64,000 bases of DNA from Heteronotia binoei (lineage: Eukaryota), in contig NC_083226.1 in assembly GCF_032191835.1 (NCBI RefSeq), positions 132,432,001 through 132,496,000 on the forward strand. The letters run 5' to 3'. The stretch's first letter is position 1. Every line of letters begins with the position of its first letter. Below the pieces are notes generated by a model. That model was not told the origin of the DNA and made no database searches. It saw nothing but the letters and a program-made list of their open reading frames with translations. A program made the position numbers and the translations under genes. Below, piece by piece: positions 52,585 to 64,000 of the stretch.

Positions 52585-53015
52585 TGCTCCTGTCAAATGC
52601 TGACGTGAAGGGAAGAGTCCAGGGTTTGGTGTGCCTGAAGTCCGAGCAGCTGTATCTGGGGTATGTAGCCATAGCTGCTGAGAATTCTCTAGCATCTGAA
52701 GGGTGCTCTTGTCAAATGCTGTAGAGGGGGTGCATTAGAATTCCCAGTGGCTACCAGAGGGTTTGGCTATAGACTCCGGGAACTCAGGCACACTGAATCT
52801 CTAGATCTACCAAACATCTGAAGGTGCTCTTGTCAAATGCTGGGGGGGAGATGGGGGTCAAGGGTTTGGCACGCCTGATGTCTCAGGTGTTATAGCCTCT
52901 GGGACATCATGTATGCCAAATCTGAAGGGTGCTCCTGTCAAATACTGGAGGCGGGGGGGGGAGGGGGATGTTGAGGGTTTGGCATGCCTGAATTCCCAGC
53001 AGCTACAGCTCTATG
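52585..53015. repeat. Degenerate tandem repeat of about 105-125 bp, roughly 4 units
   Basis: ATCTGAAGGGTGCTCYTGTCAAATRCTG at 52694, 52816 and 52920, partial at 52585. Confidence 0.8.
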
Positions 53016-55965
53016 TCTATGTGTTGCATTATCCTTTGTGTAAATGAAAACCTGCCACTGTTTTTCCATCCTGCAGTATTTACCTTGTTTTCCCAAATAA
53101 AATTAATTTTTTTAAAGCACCTGTGTTGTTTCTAGATCACTTGGTTATAAAAGCACTAGGTTATGGGTCAGCTAGTCCCTAAGTAGGCCATACTCCTATT
53201 TAAGTGAACAAGATGTGCAACTGAGGGGCTGAAATAGATGCCAGACGCTGCTTCACAACTCAAAGTGACAAGTGGCAGCTGCTACCCACGATGTGTGGGT
53301 TATTGCTTAAGGGGCAAGCAGTAGGCAAACTGACCTAAGGGAAGCTGGAGAAATAGGGCCTTCCATCTCTGCCCCCCTTTCAAGAGGAACTTGTGATAAT
53401 CTTAAACATTTATTAATGCTTCCACAGCTAAGACATGGAGTTGCACTTCTGTTCCAAAACGTAACCATCCTTTGAATGTTGTTGATATAATGGGTCCAAA
53501 ATTAGCAATTATGCACTTCTTTCCTGAACCCTACTTGTTTCCAATCGTACACCAGTATATTAAAAGCCTACAGGTTTCCAGCTCTTTATCTCATTCTCAG
53601 CTACCCTTGGACTCCTTGCTGCTCAAGAGTACTTGACAATACTACTTTTGAGATTGACTGATGTATATTACTCCACATTGTTTTGTAATCAAATCCTATG
53701 CCTACTTACTTAGAAGTAGTGATGCTCACAAACCAGAAAAACACAGTTAGGGGTTTCAGGCTGAGCTGGTTCATGGCCCTGCAAACCCCATTGAAGAGGA
53801 CCACAGTCCCTTTCAATGGAGTTTGCAGAAAGCCCAAAAAACAGCTGAGTGACAGGCAATAGGCTGCTCCCTCCCACTCAGCTGTTTTCTCTGGCAACAG
53901 ACAGCATGGGTTTAAAGGGAGAGACTCTGCTTTCTGCTGCATCCACAAACTGCTTAATTCGCAAAACATGAACAGAGCAAAATTTATGACAAATTTCGCT
54001 TCCTGATTCAGTTAGTACCCATCCCTATTCAGAAGTGGGTCACAGTAGAGCTTACCTGCAAATTTGAATCAGATCACAGATCCTTACGGAATCTACTAGA
54101 TTGTGGCTACTTCACATAGCTGGGGCTTGGTTTGTTACAATGCATTTGAGCAGCATGCTTGCTGTATTTCACTGTGGCACGCTGCAAACTTACCTTATTT
54201 GACTCCTTTAATTACACTTGTGGCAAGCTCCAGGTGGTCATCAAGCTTCATATTTTTAGAAGTTTTGTGAATGGCCTTTGCAGGACATTTTACTTTAGAT
54301 ATTTGACACCTGGCCACCAGCCACCTCCAGCATACACCCCTCATGCTTCATGCATAAAAGAACTGACTTAGGAGAAAATTCTTTCTATACAGCCTAAATA
54401 AGGGAATTGTGTGCTAGGGACAACTCCCCTATGCTAATCCACAGCTGTTTTTTGTGAGTAACACTGAACTGTTAAACAAGCTGCCTGCACTTTCCAAAGA
54501 AAGGGGAGACATACCTGAATGAGCCACATGGTTGAGAAGCAGTCTTCCTACATCAGAAAACAAACACCAGCGTCAGCATCATCTACAGACTAGACAGATG
54601 CAGCATGAAAGGCAAACACAAACAGGGATGAAAAGACGGCACTGCCTTCTCTCAGCAGAGAAGAGGCCACTGCTGCCCAACACACGCATATGCACTGTAG
54701 GCTGCCTGTCTCAAGTGCAAGGGTCTTCAGATTCACAAGCCCAAGCAGTTGGCCCTGAGCCTTTTGTATTCAGTCAAGAAGGGATAGCGTAACAGGCTAC
54801 CTTGGAAGAACAAGTAGCTATTCTGGAGGCTGCTGGAGACCAATACAAAGGATAGAAGCTGCAGATACCTCAAACTGCCGGATGACTGCCATGTCCTAAG
54901 TTTCTTACACTGATACGCCCCCAGTCAGCTATGTACCTTATTAGTACTCCCATTTATGTGATTCCCTTTGAATGCAAGATATTGCTTAGGTGCAACTGTA
55001 GTTACCTACCTGCTTTAACATAAGCACAGAAGAAACAGATAATTACCAAAACAATCAAGAGGTTGGATGATTACACCCCTTTTCAAGGAGTCAGAACTTC
55101 AAAGAATTATAAATTGTGGAGAGAAAATTACTTTCAACACTAGAATTCAGGATGACAAGGAAGTGATCCAAAAGATTACAACTGTATTTTAGCAATTATA
55201 TGCAGTACTGTCAAACTGAAATTCAACTGAAGTGCAATGAGTAGACAAATTAATCCAAGGAATGACAATACTTGCATTTAACATTAGTGAATTAAAGTAA
55301 CTGAACACATTTTACATTATAATATTCTTAATATTACTGAAATCTTTATTCCTTTCCACAGAACTGCTACCATTTTCCTCTGAATGCTCACGCCTGAAGG
55401 ATGCTATAGTCTGAGTGCTTGTGGCATACTAAAACAGAATTCATCAACTTGACATCCTGAATCATATAACTTCGGGGTCCAGAAAATTTCTTGAACTGTC
55501 CCAGTTCCTAATCTGCAAATACACATCAAAGAACTTTCTTGTTTGATACAAACAGCAGGGCACAAAGAGTTTAATGTTTAATTTTTAGTCAAGTGACATT
55601 TTTCTGTCTGTCTACTTGGATTTGACTCCAAAGTGAGAGATGGTCAAGCTCACTAAAGACTGCTATAGAATCAAGAAACCTGCACCTTGGCTGCCATTCT
55701 TGTGATCAAGTAGCCTTAGTCAACAGATAAAATGTAGATTTTCACTCATATTAAATTTTAATTGAAGTTTTTACACAATGTATTTAGGGAACTTTGTTCA
55801 GTTGTAACTGAGTAAGTATTCACGCTGCACAAAACAGGGCTTTAAAATAGTTTGGCTGCACTGGCCCAAGAACTTTGGATAGTGTCAAAATGTCAGCAAC
55901 AACCAAAGGCCATTCCATCTGTCTTGAAAACCCATTCCAAACTACACAATACTTCATGCAACACT

Positions 55966-55971
55966 TTTATT
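55966..55971 (-). terminator. Candidate SERF1 poly(A) signal
   Basis: Minus-strand AATAAA about 450 nt after the stop codon. Confidence 0.55.
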
Positions 55972-56423
55972 GTAAAAATAATTTAGATTAACTTTACAGC
56001 TGACCTTTACAAATTGGAAAGTACAGAGAACTGGGCTTTTTAGTTATACCATCTCTGAATGTTAAAGGTCCCCAGTTTACCTGCATATTTGATAACTGGT
56101 ACAATTACACAAGCCATACTGAGCCAACATTGTAACAATGAAAACTGCAGTCAAGCTATTGCTACCATTACTAATAGACATGCAAAGGGAACTGAGAATC
56201 CAATTTTATTGGACGATATTCTAGTAATTCAATTAAAGCCAAGTCAGCTGCAACTGCACTATACTAACCAGAAGTTCTAAAATAAATGCATACTGGACAA
56301 GAGAGCAAAGAGAAGATAAACATTAACCATTTAATGACTGGCTACTTTTACAAATATGTCTTTTTAGGCCCTATTATTTCAAGATGCATTGCAGCAAAAG
56401 TTAGGTCTTTTTGTAGCCATAAA

Positions 56424-56496
56424 CTATTTTGCTCCTGTCTGAAGAGACTTCTTCTCATCAGCTGCTTTCTGCTTTTGCTGCATTATTTCAGAATCC
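56424..56496 (-). CDS. SERF1: SERF1 exon 3
   Basis: tttttttaacag|G; DSEIMQQKQKAADEKKSLQTGAK*. Confidence 0.95.
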
Positions 56497-56587
56497 CTGT
56501 TAAAAAAAAAAGACGAGTTTCTGTATATTTTTATGTACAATTAGATCAATATATAAGAAATGCTTTTTAAAGCCTGTAGTTCTTCCT

Positions 56588-57908
56588 TTTTTTCCCCAAA
56601 CAATTTTTATTAGTAACATATGGCAATATATTCAATTTCTTATATCATTAATAACTACTTTTTAAAATCCCATATATTACTTTCTACCTCCCCTCCCCCC
56701 TTTACTTGACCCCCACCGGTGTACTAAATTCAAAACATCATTTTAAAAGGTACCCCTAATTAATAAGAACCAAAGTTCATATCTTCCCCCCACTTATACT
56801 TAATCATTATCAAAGACTGTCCAATGTCCTTTTATTTTCCATTCTTTTTCTACATATTTTCTGAACTTCTTCCACTCCATCTTAAATACTTCTAAATCAT
56901 AGTCTCTTAAAGTTCTTGTTAACTTATCCATTTCACTCCATGTAATAACTTTAACAGTCCAATCCCATTTCTCTGGTATTTTTTCTTGCTTCCACAACTG
57001 CGCATACAATGTCCTAGCAGCTGAGAGCAAGTACCAGATTAAAGTTCTCTCTTCTTTTGGAGATTTTTTCCATTTGTAATCCTAACAGAAAAGTCTCTGC
57101 AACTTCGTTAAATTCATATCCCAAGATCTTAGAAATCTCTTGCTGAATCATCTGCCAAAACATTTTAGCTCTTTCACAAGTCCACCACATATGGTAGAAA
57201 GAACCTTCATGCTTTTTATATTTCCAACATCTGTCTGGCATCGTTATTCATCTTTGCCAATTTTTTAGAAGTTATATACCATCTGCACATCATCTTAAAA
57301 CAATTTTCTTTGATTGAGAGTTTCATAGAGTTCTTCCACAAATATTCCCAAGTTTCCATCTGTATTTCTTTATGTACATGAATTGCCCATTTAATCATTT
57401 GAGATTTTACTACTTCATCTTCTGTAGACCATTGTAAAAGTAATTTATATACTTTTGAAATTAATTTATCATCGTCTCCAAGCAGAACTTTTTCCATTTC
57501 TGTTTGCTCCTTCCTTATTCTTTCAGTTTTAATATCATTCTCCACCAAGCTCTTTATTTGTTGCATTTGAAACCAATCATCTTTATTATTCAACTCTTCA
57601 GCAGTTTTCAGTTCTATTTTGTCACTTTGTATTTTTAACAGTTGACTATATGACAACTACTTTTCTTCCCCTATCTCAGCTGTTATTTTTATTATTTCCG
57701 CTGGTACTATCCATAACGGTCTTCTCTCATCTCCATACTTCTTATATTTCATCCATGTACTTAATAAATTACTTCTTACAGAATGGTAAGAGAAAAAACT
57801 GTCCATCTTCTTTTTTCCATAATACAAATATGCGTGCCAGCCAAATTTATTTCCGTTACCTTCCAACACTAAAAGTTTTGTTTACCAGCGTTATCCATTC
57901 TTTTATCC
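56588..57908 (-). mobile_element. 5'-truncated L1-clade LINE in SERF1 intron 2
   Basis: ORF2 C-terminal cysteine-rich motif PDRCWK...HEGSFYHMWWTC; perfect 18-bp TSD AAGCCTGTAGTTCTTCCT (56570-56587, 57909-57926). Confidence 0.9.
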
Positions 57909-58101
57909 AAGCCTGTAGTTCTTCCTCAAACCCAAACTTCTACTACTCAGCAGTAACATCTGATTATCAAATCCTAGCCCAGGATAGTCTTTCATTTTAA
58001 ACCCCCTTCCTGACAATTTACAGTTAAAGATAAGATCACAACCATTCAATGTTGTGCCCTTGATCGTTATGCCTTTAACAGCAGAACTTTATACAACTTA
58101 C

Positions 58102-58210
58102 CTTTGTTTCCTCTGAGAAGCAGACAAAGTATCCTCTTTTCTTTTTCCTTTGTTCTGTTCTTGAGTTTTCTTCATGTTCTTCTGGCGGGCAAGTTCACGC
58201 TGGTTCCCAC
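58102..58210 (-). CDS. SERF1: SERF1 exon 2 (109 nt)
   Basis: [36 protein letters not shown]. Confidence 0.96.
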
Positions 58211-61049
58211 CTATAAGTACAAACAGTGAAAGGATTATGTGCCAAGTACCTTGCTCAAAAGTAAACATTACCTTAGGGTCAAAGGTGCCATATCCACAAG
58301 CTGTATGACAAAGGTTGCTGTCAATATCCCACATCTTCCCTCCACTGCCTCATGAGTACATCAAAAAGAGACAAGAACAATTCTGAGAATGAATAATCTG
58401 CTCCGTGGTTTGACATGCAATTACCTCCAGTATTGCACTTCTTTCCCTAGATATCCATACATAGAATATGTCACCCCTAGCAATAAGACTTGGGAAACGA
58501 AGGCACCAGAGAGCTTTAGGAACACATAAGTAGGAATCCATTAAACTTTTTCCACCCCTTCTAGCTAATCAGTGGACAGATCCATCCTGAAAAGTTTGTG
58601 TTCTGTAGGACACAACTACATTAGCTACACCTTTTCAGACAACTCTTCTCCATTTGGGACTTTGTGTTTTGTAAAGGTTTGGATTTTTCTGCACAATTAG
58701 GTGCCTTACCAAGTTTGCAGAAAGACCCGCTTTTGTGTATATGGCCCCAAAATGCAGGTATAAATATGTTACATTGAAAATTAGATATAATAAAGACCTG
58801 ATAATCTGCTCCCTCCTATGGTTAACCTTACACCATCCTTCTGTTTAACTGTGCTACTTTCAGTCTTCTGAACCCACCTTCCTTTGTATCCTCCCTCCCA
58901 TCACCTAAATCTTTATCTACTGAGCAAAGTAACTGTTGCAGCACAGTACAATTTACACTTCCATTCAAATTCCCACACTTTTTATCATTACTTTGCTATT
59001 TTCTGTGGACACCCACCCTAATACACTGAACACTGAACAAAATGATGCCTCCCAAGGACACTTAATTGGGTACACCTGTTCATAAAATCTGCAGCTGAAT
59101 GTGTGTGGCAAATCTATGCATTACATAGATATTTAGTAAGGAAACAGAATTGTTCCAATCAAAAGTGTACTTGAATTGCTTAACTATATCTTAATCAAAT
59201 TAATCTCAACTTTGGGATTTCCAGACACACATTTCCATTGCCCCAAGGAAGTTAGAAACCAGAATTTTTGCTCATGAAGCTACAGCAAAACACAGACTCT
59301 GTTTAGATATCATACAGAACAATGACATAATTAATCTATACTTTGTGCAATTAACTGAAGACAGATCATTCCACTAACTAGTTGTATATAACAATGAAGG
59401 ACGTGAAACCATGGACATTAGTTTATTAGCCACATTAAGTCTCCACTATGACTTCTGCCTGCCTGACTGACTGCCTGCCTGATTTAACCCTGATTTGTTT
59501 CCAGCCACTGTTTGCAGACCAGGATACTAGCCTGATCTATGTAGGAGAAAGAATTAAGGCAATCCACAATTTTAACTATTGCAAGCCAAAACCTGTTTCA
59601 TAAACGAACCATGGTTAAAATAAACCATGGCATTGTCTGAACTGAGCCACAGCCTCATGATCCACTTTACTTTCTTAAACCAATCTATAATCCACCCAAG
59701 CATTTCTACAAAATGGACCAGTTCTGCCCTCAGAGTGTAATATTTTCCCTGCTCCACTGAAGGCCTAAAAATGCTTCTCCAGGGGAAGAGGGGCCAATGA
59801 TGAGCAGTATTTCAAGCCTAAAAAGAGATGAGAGGAGCATTCCACTTTGTGAGCAGAAACTGGTCCACTACTTCAACACAGCCACCCAAGAATTTTTTTA
59901 TTCCTAGAGAAAACACAACACCACAACACAGTTTCTTTCGGCATTTTATAACACTAGACAACGTAAACACCTTTACATGTTGTAAGAATGCAACTTCTTT
60001 GAGGGCCAGCCAAATCAATTAATTAAGACACTGAACTTTATAAACACCAAATTGCTCTGTTTGCCCTGAAGCCTGTACAAACTGCTTAAAAACATTAACG
60101 AAGTTTCATTCACATCCATACATTTTATTCAAGTTATTTCCACGTCAAAGCTTAATCAGGAATCAACTTCATCTATGAAGTTCACAAAACGGACTTTCAA
60201 ATAAGCCTACAAAAAAATCACATCAGTGGCATGATCCACCTGGCATTTCAACAAAGCCACCCATCAGCACTAGAATTTGTCAGAAAAGCAAACCAAGCAT
60301 TCTCATTTAAAGAAGTCATACCATGGCCATAGCCAGCAGGAGCACAGGAGGGCAGTGCCCCCTACAGAATCTTTTCAGTGAAAGGGAAGATTAGGTGGAG
60401 ATGCTGTAGATTTTATAGGGGGCACCACCCCCAAGGTCCCCTGCTGGTTACAGCCCTGTCACACTGAACAACAGCTTTTGTTTCACCTCCACTTCCAACC
60501 TTATTTTACACCTGGTACAGTCCAGTCTTCAGTATAACCAATGGTATGAAAGACCCATTTTTCCATGACCTACTCAAATAGGTGTTTTAGATCAGTGGTC
60601 CCCAACCTTTTTGGCACCAGCAACTGGTTTTGTGGAAGACAATTTTTCCATGGACTAGTGGGGGTGCTGGGGTTTTTGCTGCCCCAGGCTGCCCCCAAGC
60701 CCACACTCCATCCCTGCCCCCCATGGGGGGTGTCTTTAAATAAAGAGTAGTGAAGGTCTCTGCAGACCAATACCGGGTCCACAGCCCAGGGGTTGGGGAC
60801 TCTTGTTTAGACATTCACAATCCCCAGCCACCAGACTGCCCCAATAATCTTCACTATGCTTATAAAGGAGTTCTTCTGCAATAAAAGCCTAGTTTAAATA
60901 ATATTCCTAGTTTAAATAATATACCACCAGGAAAAACTGTCTATAGCAATGAGATACCACACCAGAGGAAATCCAGGAACTCTGGCTCGTCTTTCTTTCG
61001 AGTCAATCTTTCACACTTAAAGCTTGCGCATATTTTCTCAGCAATAAGC

Positions 61050-61670
61050 CCTCCTGTGGTGAGTGCCAGGGCAGTGGACCTCGCCTGCCGTCTCACGCTC
61101 TTCCTTCTCCTGTCAACGAGATGCTCCTTCAAAAAAGGATGGAGGGACGACTATCCCACACAGAGGAGCTTATTGTCTGCTCTCGCTCGGCTAAGCGGCC
61201 CCTCCGCTAGACGAGCTTCTACCTCTACAATCGCCGCCCACAGAAGAGGCGGCGCGCTCAACAGGCAGCGGCGCCTCCCTCTGGCCGAGAGCCACAGCCA
61301 GGCCTGACCGCTCAGAGCCGCTGCCAACCATCGCTAGAAACCAAGGGACGAATGCAGCAAGCCGAGAAAGTGGGGAGGTCAGCGAGCTGAGCAAAGAATA
61401 CTCACGGGCCATGGCGAAACAATAACCCCAGCGGTAGCGGCGGTAACCGTTAGGCACGAGCCACTGAAACCCCAATCTACCACTCCAACTGCCAGAACCT
61501 TCTGCGTGCCCCGCCTGTCGTGGCGCCGCTTATGTAAGGGACCGCCTGTGTAACGTCACGACGCTTGGTCTCGCCTGCTTGATCTACTAGCTCCGCCCCC
61601 AATGACGTCGTTGAGACCTGGGAGTGAATGCGTGGCTTTGTTATTGTTCTAAGGGGCGGGGGTGTTCGTT
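61050..61670 (-). promoter_or_regulatory. SERF1: SERF1 CpG island / promoter
   Basis: CpG-rich; CRE-like TGACGTCG near 61603; GC box GGGGCGGGG near 61652. Confidence 0.7.
61406..61412 (-). CDS. SERF1: SERF1 exon 1 coding part (7 nt)
   Basis: Kozak TCGCCATGG; ATGGCCC|gtgagt; gives MARGNQRE; total 189 nt = 62 aa. Confidence 0.92.
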
Positions 61671-61893
61671 GAGTTTAACCACTTCAGGCACAAACAAGCA
61701 ACAAAAGATATTTTGAAAAATTAGAAGGCATTGTAGCATCAGCTTTCGAGGGCTGCTGGCCACTGATGTGTTGGCGTGGGATCTCGCCCACGAAAGTTTA
61801 TAGTAGTATAAATGTCAGTGCCTTAAGGTCTTTTGTTATTAGTTGTTGCCGCCAGCACCTAATAAATCTGCATTGACCTAGGTGCACTTACTT

Positions 61894-62055
61894 GGGCCAA
61901 TTCCGCACTAGACTTTTAATCCTGGTTTAGCCCTGTCCCCAAATTGACATTCTACACTTGAATCATAGAAACCAACTCTATGAGTTTATGATTCTAGTGT
62001 AGAAAATCAGATTGGGGACAGGCTGAACCAGGATTAAAGTCTAGAGTGGAATTGG
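61894..62055. mobile_element. Palindromic MITE (Harbinger/Chompy-like)
   Basis: Near-continuous inverted repeat of about 160 bp (CCAATTCCGCACTAGAC...GTCTAGAGTGGAATTGG). Confidence 0.75.
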
Positions 62056-62095
62056 AATTGACAGTGGGATTTACTTCCAAGTAAACGGTGGGAGG

Positions 62096-62290
62096 GACGG
62101 GGGCTCAGTGGTAGAGCATCTGCTTGGGAAGCAGAAGGTCCCAGGTTCAATCCCTGGCATCTCCAAAAAAGGGTCCAGGCAAATAGGTGTGAAAAACCTC
62201 AGCTTGAGACGCTGGAGAGCTGCTGCCAGTCTGAGAAGACAATACTGACTTTGATGGACCAAAGGTCTGATTTAGTATAAGGCAGCTCCA
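62096..62290 (+). mobile_element. tRNA-derived SINE (Squam2/AnolisSINE2-type) with good A and B boxes
   Basis: A box GGCTCAGTGG 62102-62111; B box GGTTCAATCC 62144-62153; LINE-like 3' tail. Confidence 0.85.
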
Positions 62291-62437
62291 TATGTTCAAA
62301 CCTGCATAGAATGAGGCCCTGGCACAGTGACGGTTCTGGCATTTGTACAATGGGGTTTGTTTATAATTCGAAGGTGCAAGTCCTTATGCAAAAGTAAACC
62401 CCACACGAGTTCAATGCCTTTTTTTTTTTTTAAAAAA

Positions 62438-62570
62438 AAGAAAAGGTAAAGGTAATCCACTGTGCAAGCACCAGTCGTTTTCGACCCAGTCATCTACACT
62501 CCCCCCACCCCAAGCTGGGTATTCATTTTACCGACCTCGGAAGGATGGCAGGCTGAGTCAACCTGAGGCC
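62438..62570 (-). mobile_element. Deleted Sauria-type SINE fragment
   Basis: aaaggtaaaggta...tgtgcaagcaccagtcg...ggctgagtcaacc. Confidence 0.75.
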
Positions 62571-63579
62571 TTCTCCTGTTGCTGCCTTACATCAACATGC
62601 TTCCGCCCATTGAAGTCAACCATTTGTGAGCATCCAACTATGTACAGAATCAGGCTTTTGCTCTCTGTATAAACAGAAGTCTACTGACACCTTACAGACT
62701 GCAGCATATGCTTCCATGGACTACTAGACCACTTCTTTACTTGCAGTGATTGGCTTCTCATTATCTAGATTGTTTAAATGTAAGAGGCAAAAATAAACAG
62801 CAGGGTGAAGGGGTCATGACATAATGGTGAAAAATAACTATAAATTAAAATCAGGTGGGTCCCCCCAGAATGGTAACTTAAGCTTGCTATGCCTGTTTGG
62901 ACCTTGCATCTGTTAAATATCTATTATGTTGTATGCTAATTTGCTGCCCACCTTCTACCTATAAGTATGGACTGGTAACTTCCATTTCATTCTTCTTCCA
63001 TTCTGAAGAAGTGTGTGTGCACATAAAAAGCTTATTCCTCAAATAGTACTTTAAAACTATAGAATCACAGAGTTGGAAGGGACCTCCAGGGTCATCTAGT
63101 CCAACCCTCTGCACAACAAAGGAAACTTACAAATACTTACCCCCCTAAATTCATACCTCCTTTCCGCCTAATTTCACAGAAGCAGCATTGCTGTCAGATG
63201 GCCATCTAGCTCTGTTTAAAAACCTCCAAAGGAGAGCTGACCACCTCCCTTTGTTGGACTCGAACTTTGTATACATTAAAATCTAATTTAAAATGTACAG
63301 TCCATAAATTAGTTTTGCTAAGCTATACTGGTCGGGGAGTCTCAAACTATTTTGGCAAAAGTAGGGAAAAGTTTCTATATTTTATTAGTTTTCAATTTTT
63401 CATTATTTATTTCTGTACTTTCTGCATTTCATGGCCCAGTGCAGCGCTATGCAAATCGGATTTATTAACGAATAAATTTGAGTAAGATCGTAGCGTTCAT
63501 TTTCTACTGAAATAAGCAGAATTTCTGCAGAAGCCTAGTTTTAAGAGTTTAGGGACAGCGAAGCAGAGCTGTCAGGCAA

Positions 63580-63920
63580 GCATACAGGCAAAAAGGAACA
63601 CGCCTGGAATCGCGACAAGCAACCCACACGACTTTGCTCCCTTCGGAATTTTACGGCGTATTCAAGCATAGCATCGCTTTCCGCATGTCTGACACGGAGG
63701 GCGTGTCTTTATCAAGAGGTGTAGAATTCCAGCCACTGTTTTGTCGCAGCGTGATGACGCAACCAGCGTGCTGTTTCGCAGCAGCTGACAGCCACCGAGA
63801 GGAAGGGAGGGGAGCTGGGCTGGACCGGCCCGGGTCAGTGACATGAGGCGGCCCCGCCGGCCGGAGGAAAAAGGGGACGGTGGGCTTTAGCTCGGGTCGG
63901 TGCATCTCTGTCGCGCCGCC
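63580..63920 (+). promoter_or_regulatory. BDP1: BDP1 CpG island / 5' region
   Basis: CpG-rich sequence directly before the ATG; CRE/ATF-like TGACGCAA near 63755. Confidence 0.7.
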
Positions 63921-64000
63921 ATGTTCCGCCGCTCCAGGTTCAACGTGAAACCCAACGTGAGACCGAGCGCGGCGGGCAGAGGGAACAGTGGCAGCGGGAA
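63921..64000 (+). CDS. BDP1: BDP1 (TFIIIB B'' subunit) first coding exon, truncated by window end
   Basis: Kozak GCCGCCATG; MFRRSRFNVKPNVRPSAAGRG resembles the recalled human MFRRARLSVKPNVRP; synteny with SERF1/SMN. Confidence 0.92.
   Translation, partial: MFRRSRFNVKPNVRPSAAGRGNSGSG

Larger units (their letters stand above)
49960..52590. repeat. Degenerate 29-bp minisatellite with higher-order units, interrupted by inserts
   Basis: CTTGCCC anchors at 51381, 51410, 51439, 51468 (period 29); consensus CTTGCCCATAGGGAATAATGGAGACCACA. Confidence 0.85.

Noticed and set aside
52585-53015. Repeat-spacer pattern superficially like a CRISPR array
   Set aside because: Vertebrate intron-containing context, no cas genes, and the long linkers are mutually related; it is a degenerate tandem repeat.
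54532-54900. ORF / possible extra gene between SMN and SERF1
   Set aside because: Interrupted by stops; the ATLEEQVAILEA stretch faintly recalls a CR1 ORF1 coiled coil, too weak to call.
62096-62165. tRNA gene
   Set aside because: The tRNA-like head runs into a SINE body and LINE-type tail, with no clean acceptor stem or T-run terminator; a related degenerate copy lies at 25640.

Overview
Squamate reptile genomic DNA (probably a gecko, inferred from its SINE and MITE families), orthologous to the human 5q13 / mouse chr13 SMA region. Gene order: 3' end of OCLN (+, last 3 coding exons), complete GTF2H2 (+, 15 coding exons, 1188 nt, 395 aa), complete SMN (-, 8 coding exons, 278 aa, plus a candidate non-coding last exon), complete SERF1 (-, 3 exons, 62 aa), and the start of BDP1 (+, partial). 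Exons were recognised from recalled vertebrate orthologue sequences and checked by hand for GT-AG boundaries and frame; no database search was run. Introns and intergenic DNA are rich in SINEs (Sauria-type, Squam2/3-type, 5S-derived), LINE fragments (RTE/Bov-B, L2, CR1, L1) and hAT/Harbinger-type MITEs; repeat boundaries are approximate. Most notable: a rearranged duplicate of the SMN promoter and intron 1 inside a 29-bp minisatellite, a U6/H1-like Pol III promoter arrangement head-to-head with SMN, no NAIP between GTF2H2 and SMN, a human-like SMN exon 7/8 architecture, and several candidate alternative or poison exons.
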